64,000 bases of DNA from Octopus sinensis (Eukaryota): NCBI RefSeq assembly GCF_006345805.1, contig NC_043001.1, positions 122,512,001 to 122,576,000 on the forward strand, given 5' to 3'. The notes beneath the pieces are model-generated. The model saw only the letters and a program-made list of their open reading frames with translations, searched no databases and had not been told where the DNA came from. Numbering within the stretch: the first letter of the stretch is position 1; every line of letters begins with the position of its first letter. This document shows, in pieces, positions 53,084 through 64,000 of the stretch. The position numbers and the translations under genes were made by a program.

Positions 53084-53384
53084 TACACACAAATTTATAC
53101 ACACACATACACATATATACGCATATATATATATACACACATATATGCACACACAAAAACACGCGCACACACACACACACACAACACACACACATATATA
53201 CCAGTTGTGAGGGAAAAACTTGGATCTTGGGAATTTTCCTAAGTCCTCTCCCCACTCTCCCGTTGCTTAGCGCGCAGTTTTTTTTGTTAATTTTTTTTTC
53301 ATATTCGTTTCTTACACATTGTTTTATGTCCATTCCAGTATTTTGGGGGGATTTTCATTTCCGGGTCAAGATGTAAACATTAAC
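52370..53384. mobile_element. Foldback-like non-autonomous DNA element with about 185-bp TIRs and an internal microsatellite
   Basis: gttaatgtttacatcttgacccggaaatgaaaatcccccc.. at 52370 and its reverse complement ending at 53384; an extra partial subrepeat at about 52650-52705. Confidence 0.78.
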
Positions 53385-54047
53385 GCATTTTGTTTAAATT
53401 AATCAAACGTTGGCTATTTATCTATATGTCTGTCTGTCTCTGTCTATGTGTATGTGTGCATGTATATGTGAGTGTGTATATGTATGTGTACATATATATA
53501 TATGCCTATATGTGCGTGTGTGTATACATACTTATGTATATGCGTGGCACTCCGTCGGTTACGACGACGAGGGTTCCAGTTGATCCGATCAACGGAACTG
53601 CCTGCTCGTGAAATTAATGTGCAGGTGGCTGAGCACTCCACAGACACGTGTACCCTTAACGTAGTTCTCGATGAGATTCAGCGTGGCACAGAGTGTGATA
53701 AGGCTGGCCCTTTGAAATACAGGTACAGCAGAAACAGGAAGAAAGAGTGAGAGAAAGTTGTGGTAAAAGTGTACAGCAGGGTTCGCCACCACCACTTGCC
53801 GGAGCCTCGGGGAATTTTAGGTGTTTTCGCTCAATAAACACTCACAACGCCCGGTCTGGGGATCGAAACTGCGATACTACGACCGCGAGTCCGCTTCCCT
53901 AACCACTGGGCCATTGCGCTTCCATACTGAATCTATCCATCTATTGGTGTGTGCATGTGTAATGAATGAACTAGAATCGGTTTTATCCGTTATCAACATC
54001 ATCAATATGGATGAACCACTTAGCAATAATTTTCAGATACGAGAAAA

Positions 54048-54113
54048 ATGCTGACGACGACGACGACGATATATATATATATATATATATATATATCGTC
54101 GTCGTCGTCGTCA

Positions 54114-54117
<4 letters not shown>
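54048..54117. repeat. 70-bp perfect palindrome centred on (TA)n
   Basis: atgct(gac)5ga-(ta)13-tc(gtc)5agcat. Confidence 0.95.
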
Positions 54118-54173
<56 letters not shown>

Positions 54174-54616
54174 ATATATATATATATAAAAAAAATATAT
54201 ATATGTATGTATTCTTGTGTCTGTGAAATCTTGTATCCCTGCCGTAAGTCTTTATTTCCACACACGCCAGATTGATTTAATTCGTCCTAATTCGAAAGAC
54301 ACCTGTTGTTATGTCCTGTTATTTGTATTTGTGTAACATTCTCCGTTTTTTTCCCGTCCTTGTTTTCGTTGACATTCGCTGCTTTATTTCAAGGAATCTA
54401 ATGCTCTTAGCTTAGTTTTTCCTTGGGGCTGGCCAGATTGGAGCAATCTCGAGTGTAACCAGCCGAAATTGCAAAGATAATCTGGAACTCGACTGAGGAA
54501 AGAAAACTCCGAATGACCCGTCCTTGTTTTCTTTGTATCGTCTATCTGGATGTTTTGTTGTCCCTTTTTTGTATCAACTGTCTGGATGTTTTGCGTTCTT
54601 GTCCCATTTTGTATTT

Positions 54617-54703
<87 letters not shown>

Positions 54704-55348
54704 TCATACATATATATATAAATATGCATAAATACTTATATATACACTTAAATGTACATACATATTTATGGATTTTATAGATTGCAAAATTACTATTCTT
54801 ATAACTTTCTCACACCTTTATTTATATTTTATCTAATATAAATAATATAATGCATCTGATATTATTAATAATAATTGATTATTGTGTATGCTTATAAATG
54901 AAAATATGTATGTACATTTAAGTATATATATAAGTATTTATGTATATTTATATATGTATGCATTTGTATATGTATATGTATGAGTATTTAAATGTGTGTG
55001 TATTTTTTTATTTATTTTATATTTATATTTATTCATAGCTTAACCTTATGTACTTTATATAAAATCTCTGACGAAGCGTAGAGTAACAACCAAATACCTC
55101 AATTTATCTACTTATTACATCAGTCTACTGGAGTAATAAAGGTAGAATGAGGTATTTTTGCCTCTTGGCTGAAACAGCTGTAAGTTATTTCCCCAATTAA
55201 TATTCCTGTATGTTATATTTTAATAATTACTGGTATCTAATATATTTTTATATGTAAAGCATAATATGTTATACATGTATGTATATTCTTGTAATTGTCA
55301 TTTTAGTAAATAAATAAATAAGTTGGTATAATATGTTGGTATAATAGG

Positions 55349-55762
55349 CGCAGGAGTGGCTGTGTGGTAAGTAGCTTGCTAACCAACCACATGATTCCAG
55401 GTTCAGTCTCACTGCGTGGCATCTTGGGCAAGTGTCTTCTGCTATAGCCCCGGGCTGACCAATGCCTTGTAAGTGGATTTGGTAGACGGAAACTGAAAGA
55501 AGCCTGTCGTACATATGTATATATATATAAGTGTGTGTGTATATGTTTGTGTGTCTGTGTTTGTCCCCCTAGCATTGCTTGACAACCGATGCTGGTGTGT
55601 TTACGTCCCCGTCACTTAGCGGTTCGGCAAAAGGGACCGATAGAATAAGTACTGGGCTTACAAAGAATAAGTCCCGGGGTCGATTTGCTCGACTAAAGGC
55701 GGTGCTCCAGCATGGCCGCAGTCAAATGACTGAAACAAGTAAAAGAGTAAAGAGTAAAGAGT
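55349..55762 (+). mobile_element. Full-length, well-preserved family B tRNA-derived SINE
   Basis: A-box-like TGGCTGTGTGG, B-box-like GGTTCAGTCTC, internal (TA/TG) tract, (AAAGAGT)n tail. Confidence 0.88.
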
Positions 55763-55999
55763 ATGTCTAAAAGTTGATGAACCACCTATTGATCCCTTCC
55801 ATTTTCTTATTGCTCTATAAATTAATGTTAAAATATCTCTTCATCTTAACTCATTTAGTACACTCGGTAATGTAATTGCAATGCAATAAAAACACTTGTG
55901 TATAAATAATTGGGTATTCTACCAACAGTATATTGGATAGATGTTATCCCTTAGTTGGTTGGATTCACAACCTCTAACTTTCTTGGAAATATACATACA

Positions 56000-56139
<140 letters not shown>

Positions 56140-56197
56140 ATATATATATTGTATATATATATGTATATATATATATGTATGTATGTATATATGTTTA

Positions 56198-56246
<49 letters not shown>

Positions 56247-56264
56247 ATATATATATATATATAT

Positions 56265-57479
56265 GGAGAATATCATATCAATAGTTGATCTGCTTCTTCT
56301 AAAGCCACACTGCGATTCCGGATAGATTCGAGAAGCAAGTAGTTGTAGCCTGGCCAGGATAACGCGAGCAAAGGTCTTTCCAACAGTGCTTAGAAGAGAT
56401 ATTCCACGGTAATTGTTACAATCACCACGGTCACCTTTGTTTTTGTAAAGCGTAATGGTGTTAGCATCCCGCATATCCCGAGGGACTGTACCCTCAGAAA
56501 CGTCCTGATCAAGGAAATGCTATTTTCTGATGCTGCTGCTCTGGTATCACACACAGAAGAAGCCCTCCAAAGGCTCATTAACTGTTTTGAGCAAGCATGT
56601 AACGACTTTGGCTTAGCTATCAGCCTTAAGAAGACCAACATCATGGGTCAGGCTACATCGGACATCCCAAACATACATATTGGAGACCATAGATTACAGG
56701 AGATGGAGAAGTTTACCTATCTTGGCTCTACCGTCACCTACAACCTATCCCTTGACGCTGAGCTCAATATACGCATTGGCAAGGCAGCTGCTGCGATGGC
56801 CCAACTCTCCAAACGGGCATGGGACAACAATAAGCTGACCAAGACCACGAAAATGAAGATCTACCAGGCATGTGTACTTAGCACTCTACTGTATGGAAGT
56901 GAGACTTGGACGCTATACACACGCCAAGAGCGTCGCCTAAACATCTTTCACCTGCGCTGCCTCCGGAAAATCCTCTGCATCAAATGACAGAATCATATCC
57001 CCAACAAAGATGTCATCAAGGAAGCAGGAATACCAAGCATGTTTGCACTCCTCACACAAAGACGTATGAGATGGCTTGGGCATGTTAGCCGTATGAAAGA
57101 TGGCAGAATCCCCAAGGACATACTCTACAGAGAGCTTGCTAGGGGTACTAGGTCTGTAGGTAGACCGTTCTTACGTTACAAGGATGTTTGCAAAAGGGAC
57201 ATGAAAGCCTGCAACATCAATATTAGCAGTTGGGAAGCAATTGCCAGCAACCGTGGAGATTGGCGACGTACCGTAAAAGAGGGAATACAAAGGAGTGACA
57301 GAGAGAGAGAGGAGAAATGGAAAGACAAGAAAATACGTCAACAAGAAACTATGACGATACAACCAGCCAGGAACAGTCTTCGCTACATTTGCGGTACCTG
57401 CCAGAGGGAGTGTTTGTCCAGGATAGGACTACACAGCCACAGCAGGAAATGTATCAGCACTATCAGACAAAAAGGATAT

Positions 57480-57490
<11 letters not shown>
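56265..57490 (+). mobile_element. RTE (BovB-like) LINE with an inverted 5' segment (56265-56487 on minus, about 56490-57490 on plus), inserted in (TA)n
   Basis: Minus: [43 protein letters not shown]. Plus: LFSDAAAL..FTYLGS..LLYGSETW..RRMRWLGHV..CGTC..LHSHSRKC. Catalytic ADD reads SDA; TGA stop at 56985. Confidence 0.93.
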
Positions 57491-57517
<27 letters not shown>

Positions 57518-57518
57518 G

Positions 57519-57568
<50 letters not shown>

Positions 57569-57574
<6 letters not shown>

Positions 57575-58465
57575 AATAAAATAGAACATATGCATATATA
57601 TAAACATATATGTACGTACCTACCTCTACATGTACATATACACGCATATATGTGTACAGGACACCAAAAAGACGTCGAACACATAGAGAGACGAAAAACA
57701 TAGACACAAACCAAGGAACAAGACAAGCAAAAAAAGGAGATACAGGACAATAAGCACAACGAAAAATCCCCTTCTTCAGTCGCTAAGGTTTCATCTACTA
57801 AACGTTTCGAAGGATAAAAGCGAGACGTATACTTCGAAGAAAACTTCCTTCCTGCGAAAAGCAAATCAATTAAAATTCTGAGATCTTTTCGCAGAGGGGT
57901 AAAAAAAGCAAGACGGTAACGACAGTACAAACATATAAACAGTAAAAAATATATATATAAACAGTGGAAAAATAAATATATAACAGTGAGAGACAGGACA
58001 AGGAGAACAAGATAAGAAGGGCTGTTAACGCCAGACGAAAAAAGTATTGCAAACGCTGGATTATAGTGGACGACGAGAGAGAAAAAATGTCGACCAGTAG
58101 CCTTAGAAGGCGGGCGAGAAAAGACAGGATAGCAGTTACGACGGAAGTATCGTCGCAGATGGACGACGGGAATGGGGGAGGAGGAGAAAGAGGAAGAGAG
58201 AGAAGAAGGGGAATGGTGCGAGGAGACCATGAAGAATGGTGAAAGGGAGAGAGAGAATGAAGAATGAGAGAGAGAGGAAGAGACAAGTTAAGTGAGGGAA
58301 AAAAGACGAAAAAGGGAATGGGAGAGAAAGAAAGAAGATGCAGAGTCGCGTGAGAGTTAATATCAAGGCTAACTTGATAAACAGAACAATCTTACTTAAT
58401 AGGTGCGTGCGTTTAGTCGTATAATATGTTAATAAAATAGAACATATGCATATATATAAACATAT
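57569..58465. mobile_element. Unclassified element bounded by 41-bp direct repeats (possible PLE pseudo-LTR structure)
   Basis: tatgttaataaaatagaacatatgcatatatataaacatat at 57569 and 58425; purine-rich interior; TA tracts on both sides. Confidence 0.5.
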
Positions 58466-58472
58466 TATATAT

Positions 58473-58545
<73 letters not shown>

Positions 58546-58557
58546 AATATATAAATA

Positions 58558-58654
<97 letters not shown>

Positions 58655-58742
58655 AGGGTAAATAATTTCGTCGATGGTTTTTCAGACAACCAACAATTAT
58701 TTACCGGTAGATTTCGGTATGTAAATATGACCATTACCGCCG

Positions 58743-58812
<70 letters not shown>

Positions 58813-58814
58813 AT

Positions 58815-59240
58815 ACTAGCAGCATAGCCCGGCGTTGCCCGGGTATGTAAGAGCCCCTAGTAGGCAACGACTAATCCCAATCTAGTTCTTTCCCTCTAGG
58901 GAACGAAGTCGCATGTGTAGGTTGCAATGTCTTCTCTTCACTCGAATACTTCTATGTATACGATGTTCCAAGCTATCTCCCGATTGCAAGTTGCGAAAAC
59001 TACAACAGAACATGTGTTGCATATAAAAAGCTTAGATTCTCGACCCCATGTCGAATTTATCGATTATTTTCAGAACTGGGGGAACTTTTCAAAATTTTCG
59101 CTGCGTTAGTTTTGAATTATGACATTGGGCTATGTCTGTGTCAAGTTTCATCAGAATCGGTTGAAAGCCGTGGTCAGGGTGAGGGTACAACCTAACAGAC
59201 ACACAGATACACACACAGACAAACTGCCGTTTATATAGAT
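58815..59240 (+). mobile_element. Non-autonomous Helitron-like (Lep1/HINE-type) element
   Basis: Starts tactag..cccggcgttgcccggg (subterminal hairpin); ends (acag/ac)n..ccgtttatatagat. Confidence 0.65.
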
Positions 59241-59332
59241 ATATATATATATATATATATAATATATATATATATACATACATGTATACATGTATGTACA
59301 TATACGTATGTATATATGCATATATATATATA

Positions 59333-59510
59333 CAGAGTTTGGCCAAAAGTCACCTGACAATAAATCAAAACCATTTAATTCCAAGATTTATTTATGTTTA
59401 ACAACTGAATGAATTTAATAAAAGCATCTAAATATGAAACATCATGAAAATTGAATATTAGATATTTATGGAATTTTGATTTACTGTCGGGTGACGCTTG
59501 GTCAAACCTG
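59333..59510. mobile_element. Tc1/mariner-type MITE
   Basis: TA-cag..tttg(g/a)ccaa..gtcacc(t/c)gaca(a/g)taaatcaaaa TIRs; TA flanks; 178 bp. Confidence 0.78.
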
Positions 59511-59629
59511 TATATATATTCTTTTAGTGGCTTCAGTTAATCTACTGCGGCCATGGTGGAGCACCACCTTATTGTTATTTACAGATTACCATTTTTTACA
59601 ATTTTGTTGAAGTTTATGGATGGAAGTCG

Positions 59630-59998
59630 GTCTATAATTGAGTTAGTAGCGGCTGATCCTTCTTGGGTATAACCTTATATAGTTGGCTGGTCCGATATTT
59701 TGGCCAAGAGTTCATCCAACGAGTTCTTGAATGTTTCGATAGAGGTATCTTTTATGTTTTGGATTTCATCAGGTCGACAGATGAACGCTCGAGGACTTCT
59801 AAATATCCGATTGTAGTAATATAGTGTCCTTGCTTGTGATTTTGAAAGTGGTATACGCGGAAGCTGGCAGTATCTGCCAGTTCTTGCATAAAAATTTCCT
59901 GCACTACCGAAATTTGAAACATAACCTATTAGAATCTTCCATGCGTAAATGATGATATATTCTGTAGCGTAGACTCGGGTGAAATTCCTCTCTCCCAT
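59630..59998 (-). mobile_element. CR1/L2-like LINE ORF2 C-terminal fragment
   Basis: ORF 59675-59998: YIIIYAWKIL..NF..YARTGRYC..PRAF..FKNSLDELLAKISDQP. Confidence 0.8.
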
Positions 59999-60974
59999 TT
60001 ATTATATATACGTGCATTCGAACGTAGCAGGGAACAGATAACCTTTGGCCGCTGTTTGGATCCCGTTGTGTCCACTTCTCAGATTGGTTGGTATTGGCGC
60101 AATTTGTCTCTTATTCTATTGCACCGACTTACCGCTATAACCAGTCGGCAGCCCTAAATAGAATCACGTGGGACAGCCTCTTTAGCACCCTATTTTGAGC
60201 CTACAGTTTCTTATAAAAACTCAGCTTTTCCTCGTTCAGGTATCTTTGGTTCCAGACCTTTTAAGGTCTAGTCACTGACCACAAAGACACAGCCAGTTCC
60301 AGCGACAACGCCATACATCACCATCACTGCAGCTATGTGGAGACTTACCAGCTTCATCCAACAGCATTACGACACCTCTGTCTTCGTCGCCGCATTCATG
60401 TCCTTCTTAACGTCGTCAACATTATCTCTCTATGTACACAGCTCAGCAAGCAATGCCCCCAGGTTCCAACATTTCACTGTTCGTGAATTATTTCACCACG
60501 GACCAACAGTGAATATACAACCTGTATGAACTCCTGTACAAGTGACCTAGGCAGCAGCATCACAGCCCGTATGACATGACTTCCCGTATGACATGTACCT
60601 GTAACCGGCTCAGCATTATGGGCGCGACTTCTTGATACAGTATTTCAACTACCGTGTACGATTGACTCCGAATTGGTGTTATTCATCTTTCTTGTGTCTC
60701 AGAACTTACTTCTCACTTCGATGGCTATAAACTCTTTCACTGTCTACATCTTCATCGCCATCCTTAAATGTACTTAACACACGCGCATTCATCCATGCAC
60801 ACACACACGCATGCGTTTTGTTCTCGCGATGGCCTTGTCTATTATTCTGCATACATGAGACACACATGTTAACATATCAATAAATGTTCTTTTAATCATT
60901 CTCACGCGGTTGTGTCTCTTTCCCATCTGGCACTCATATTTGTTCTATTCAGTTACTCTCTATTGTATCCGTTT

Positions 60975-61195
60975 CTTTATTACCCACAAGGGGCCAAACA
61001 CAGAGGGGACAAACAAGGACGGACAAACGGATCAAGTCGATTACATCGACACCAGTGCGTAACTGGTACTTAATTTATTGACCCCGAAAGGATGAAAGGC
61101 AAAGTCGACCTCGGCGGAACTTGAACTCAGAACGTAACGGCAGACGAAATACGGCTACGCATTTCGCCCGGCGTGTTAACGGTTCTGCCAGCTCT
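60975..61195 (-). mobile_element. Family C SINE
   Basis: Near-identical reverse complement of 62021-62252. Confidence 0.85.
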
Positions 61196-61408
61196 GTATC
61201 GGTCGTGTGATGCAGTACTAAAGAACCATTCTCGTCACCTCATATCGCACGGCCTTACAAATCGGTGACCCGACTTAGAACACACTTCCACGGTCTATTA
61301 CAATTCCTTTCGGCGTCATTCAATTGCATTTCGACTGCTCCGAACTGTTGGGTTCTAGTGGGGATTTCTTGCAATCACCTTTCAGCTTGACGGTTGTGTG
61401 CACCCATT

Positions 61409-61741
61409 GGATCTTTTCCTTTTGATAGCCAGATTTCAACACAATTTCTAGTTAACTAAACGCTTTAAAACTTCGTATACTGGTAGAATGTGTCAAAAGA
61501 AAACATTATTTTCACTTGGCTTGTTTTTGATAAATTTGTAATTTGTAAGTTTAACATAGTTTAATTCTTCGAATTTTAACCAATGAATCGCCTGTATTTG
61601 AGCTGAAATCATTTGCTGCGTCTAAAAAAAACAAATAAAAATAATGTTTTCTTTTGACACATTCTACCAGTATACGAAGTTTTAAAGTGTTTAGTTAACT
61701 AGAAATTGTTTTGAAATATGGCTATCAAAAGGAAAAGATCC
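61409..61741. mobile_element. MITE-like inverted repeat, 104-bp arms, 125-bp spacer
   Basis: 61409-61512 vs 61638-61741, about 3 mismatches. Confidence 0.82.
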
Positions 61742-62020
61742 CAGCCACTTCCAAGCGACGGTTTTTGACCGATATACATCAGTAAACTACTGTTAGTCTG
61801 CTTTCCCCCCATAAGTTGTGGGTTCACTTGTTATGTAACTCTTTGTTGGTAGATTTTTTTAAATGGGTTCAGCATTTCATAAGTTATTTTGCATGTCTGT
61901 CAAAGAAACCTGAATGATATTTGTTGCTGCTCCCGCAAATGATGTCGCCGTTGTTGTATCGGTGCTCCTACTGCTTGGGGCAGTCACCTGTTGTGGTGGT
62001 ATTTGAAGGTGGTATTAAAA

Positions 62021-62252
62021 GGCGGCGAGCTGGTAGAATCGTTAGCACGCCGGGCGAAATGCGTAGCCGTATTTCGCCTGCCGCTACGTTCTGAGTTCAA
62101 ATTCCGCCGAGGTCGACTTTGCCGTTCATCCTTTCGGGTTCGATTAAATAAGTACCAGTTACACACTGGGGTCGATATAATCGACTTAATCCGTTTGTCT
62201 GTCTTTGTTTGTCCTCTCTGTGTTTAGCCCCTTGTGGGTAATAAAGAAATAG
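62021..62252 (+). mobile_element. Full-length family C tRNA-derived SINE
   Basis: ggcggcgagctggtagaatcg (A-box-like) .. gagttcaaattcc (B-box-like) .. taaagaaata end. Confidence 0.88.
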
Positions 62253-63035
62253 GTATCTAAAATTAAATACATTTTCATACCCATATATAATCTAGATATC
62301 ACTTATTAGAATAAAATTTGCACAAACAAGCACTCGTCTGGTTGACCGTCGTAAACTTCACAGCTCGTGAAATAATTACTTTCATACGTATATTACTTAA
62401 TCATATGATACACACTATCACTCAAACAAGCTGTCACGAATTCCCAAAATTCGACACTCACACATATTACCATACAAACCTATTACACACAAAGACTTCC
62501 TTATACAAACCAACGCAACCATAATGTCGGGCAACGCATTTAGCATTTGTCTCACAAATTTAGCATTTGTCTAACAAACAAACCTAACCCTTTACAAGTT
62601 TACTTAAGATTTCCGTCATTGCGAACAAAACAGAAAATTCACAATCTAGGGGACATAACTCTGTAAACGAAGATGTGTGTTATGGCTCTTCGACTGCTTC
62701 GTTTCTTCATATTTTCTCATGCTTTCTGACCATTTATCGTTCTAAATAAAGTTGTCTTTGTTCATGATTAGACAATTTTTTTTGTTTACCTCAAGTGTTT
62801 ATGCAAATGAAATTGTACCTTATTAGAGTTTAAGTGTTAGTGTCGTATGAAGCTTACATGTAATTTTAATGGCTTTATTCGTTCTATAAGTTAAACGTTC
62901 ATCATGTAATATACAACACACACACAATTTGTTTCCATATTCGCACACACACATACGCATACAAACCAATTTTTTTTAGCGTCAACCAAATACACCCTGT
63001 TCATTTTTATCTCATTTCATGTTTTTTTTTGTTTA

Positions 63036-63081
<46 letters not shown>

Positions 63082-63389
63082 AAGTATGGAAGTTTAGTTC
63101 ACAGGTGGTCTAAACAATTAGATACGCTGGGTAAGTGCTGTAACGGATTACTAGGGCTCCAACGATATAGACGAAACGGTAGTCATGGAGCCATTGCACA
63201 TTTCCGATATAGCGGATATATAATTGTTAAAGAGGACAACAAACGTTAAGGAAAGGCAAACATCCCCAAAACAACTCTAAGACTTTTTTTTGCAATAATA
63301 ATAATGTATTGAGATGTTTGCCTTGCCTCAACAATTATATGTATAACAATTTAACAATTATATATATGAATATATATATATATATATAT

Positions 63390-64000
63390 ATAGTGGAGAG
63401 TTATAGAAAAATAAAACGGGTGTATGAACTCGGGAAAATGAAAATGTCTTTTACATTTCGAGCCTACGCTCTTCAACAAAAAGTGATAATAGAAAATAAA
63501 AATGTAGATTTCAGCGGTCTACCTAATCCTATAAAACCTTTTCCCTTGTAACTCATCTTGCACAATATTTACACTGAATTATCCTTTCGAAACCGTTCTA
63601 CATCAGACGAGTAAGTGGCATATGGAGCGTCGAAAGGCCCTCCTGCTATTCCAGCGGTCGGGCAACGGTGGGGGTTCCTACACGTTTTTTATATAGTGGG
63701 TTGGTAGAGTCTGATTGTGACGATGGCCTGGGGGAAACTCTAGGTCTCGGGTATATTCAACTCGACAGCCTGTTCCACCGTACATTCGGGTTGAGAACGT
63801 TGGACAATTTCCAAAAGTCCTTGACCTGGCAAATGTTACAGGGACGCCTTGCCCGTTTGGGATAATCGCGCAAGACATAAAAAGTCTCAATCTCCAACCT
63901 ATCCAAGATGCGGGCGAGATAGGGAAACCGTCCCTAACGCTATTGTCCAGTGCCCGGAGATATCAGAAATGTGGGTTTATGCTGAACACCTGTTGTCCGG
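63390..64000 (-). mobile_element. Unclassified GC-richer repeat ending in a degenerate hammerhead-like motif (possible PLE end)
   Basis: Minus strand 63484-63447 reads CTTT-TTGTTGA-A-GAGC-GTAG-GCTC-GAAA-TGTA-AAAG; abuts (TA)n; no recognisable coding motif. Confidence 0.4.

Noticed and set aside
54420-54520. GGCTGG..CCAGCC-GAAA and CTGAGGA fragments in a PLE-end-like repeat
   Set aside because: The 5' core is missing in the first and stem II/GAAA in the second; too degenerate to call.
57463-58366. 255-aa and other hydrophobic minus-strand ORFs
   Set aside because: Low-complexity pyrimidine-rich strand of a repeat, running into a microsatellite; no domain motif.
62021-62110. tRNA-like sequences (also 55349, 18678, 16215)
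   Set aside because: A/B-box heads continue directly into SINE bodies and do not close a cloverleaf; not tRNA genes.

Overview
AT-rich, microsatellite-dense eukaryotic DNA. Its SINE and LINE content looks like an Octopus genome; this is inferred from repeat motifs, not from a database search. One protein-coding gene is solidly supported: a minus-strand TLCD5/TMEM136-like TLC-domain membrane protein with 3 coding exons (46644-46458, 42530-42435, 38741-38269; 756 nt, 251 aa, GT-AG introns, consistent phases). The rest is mostly transposon debris: a Penelope-like element (RT + GIY-YIG), several RTE-like LINEs, R4/Dong-like and CR1-like LINE ends, a DD37D (maT) mariner, other mariner fragments, TA-flanked MITEs, a Helitron-like element, three tRNA-headed SINE families (called B, C, D here) and about 18 copies of a (GAT)n-tailed module (called A). 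I found no clearly new multi-gene system. The most unusual structures are: (1) an RTE LINE whose 3' region is a 6-copy tandem array of its own terminus, fused to module A, with a roughly 97% identical inverted copy of that end 14 kb away; (2) two perfect spacerless palindromes centred on (TA)n; (3) three degenerate minimal hammerhead-ribozyme motifs sharing one architecture; (4) a twin-priming-type 5'-inverted RTE; (5) a back-to-back double hairpin; (6) scattered exon candidates for an unidentified second gene. Coordinates of repeat copies are approximate (about +/-20 bp) unless stated otherwise.
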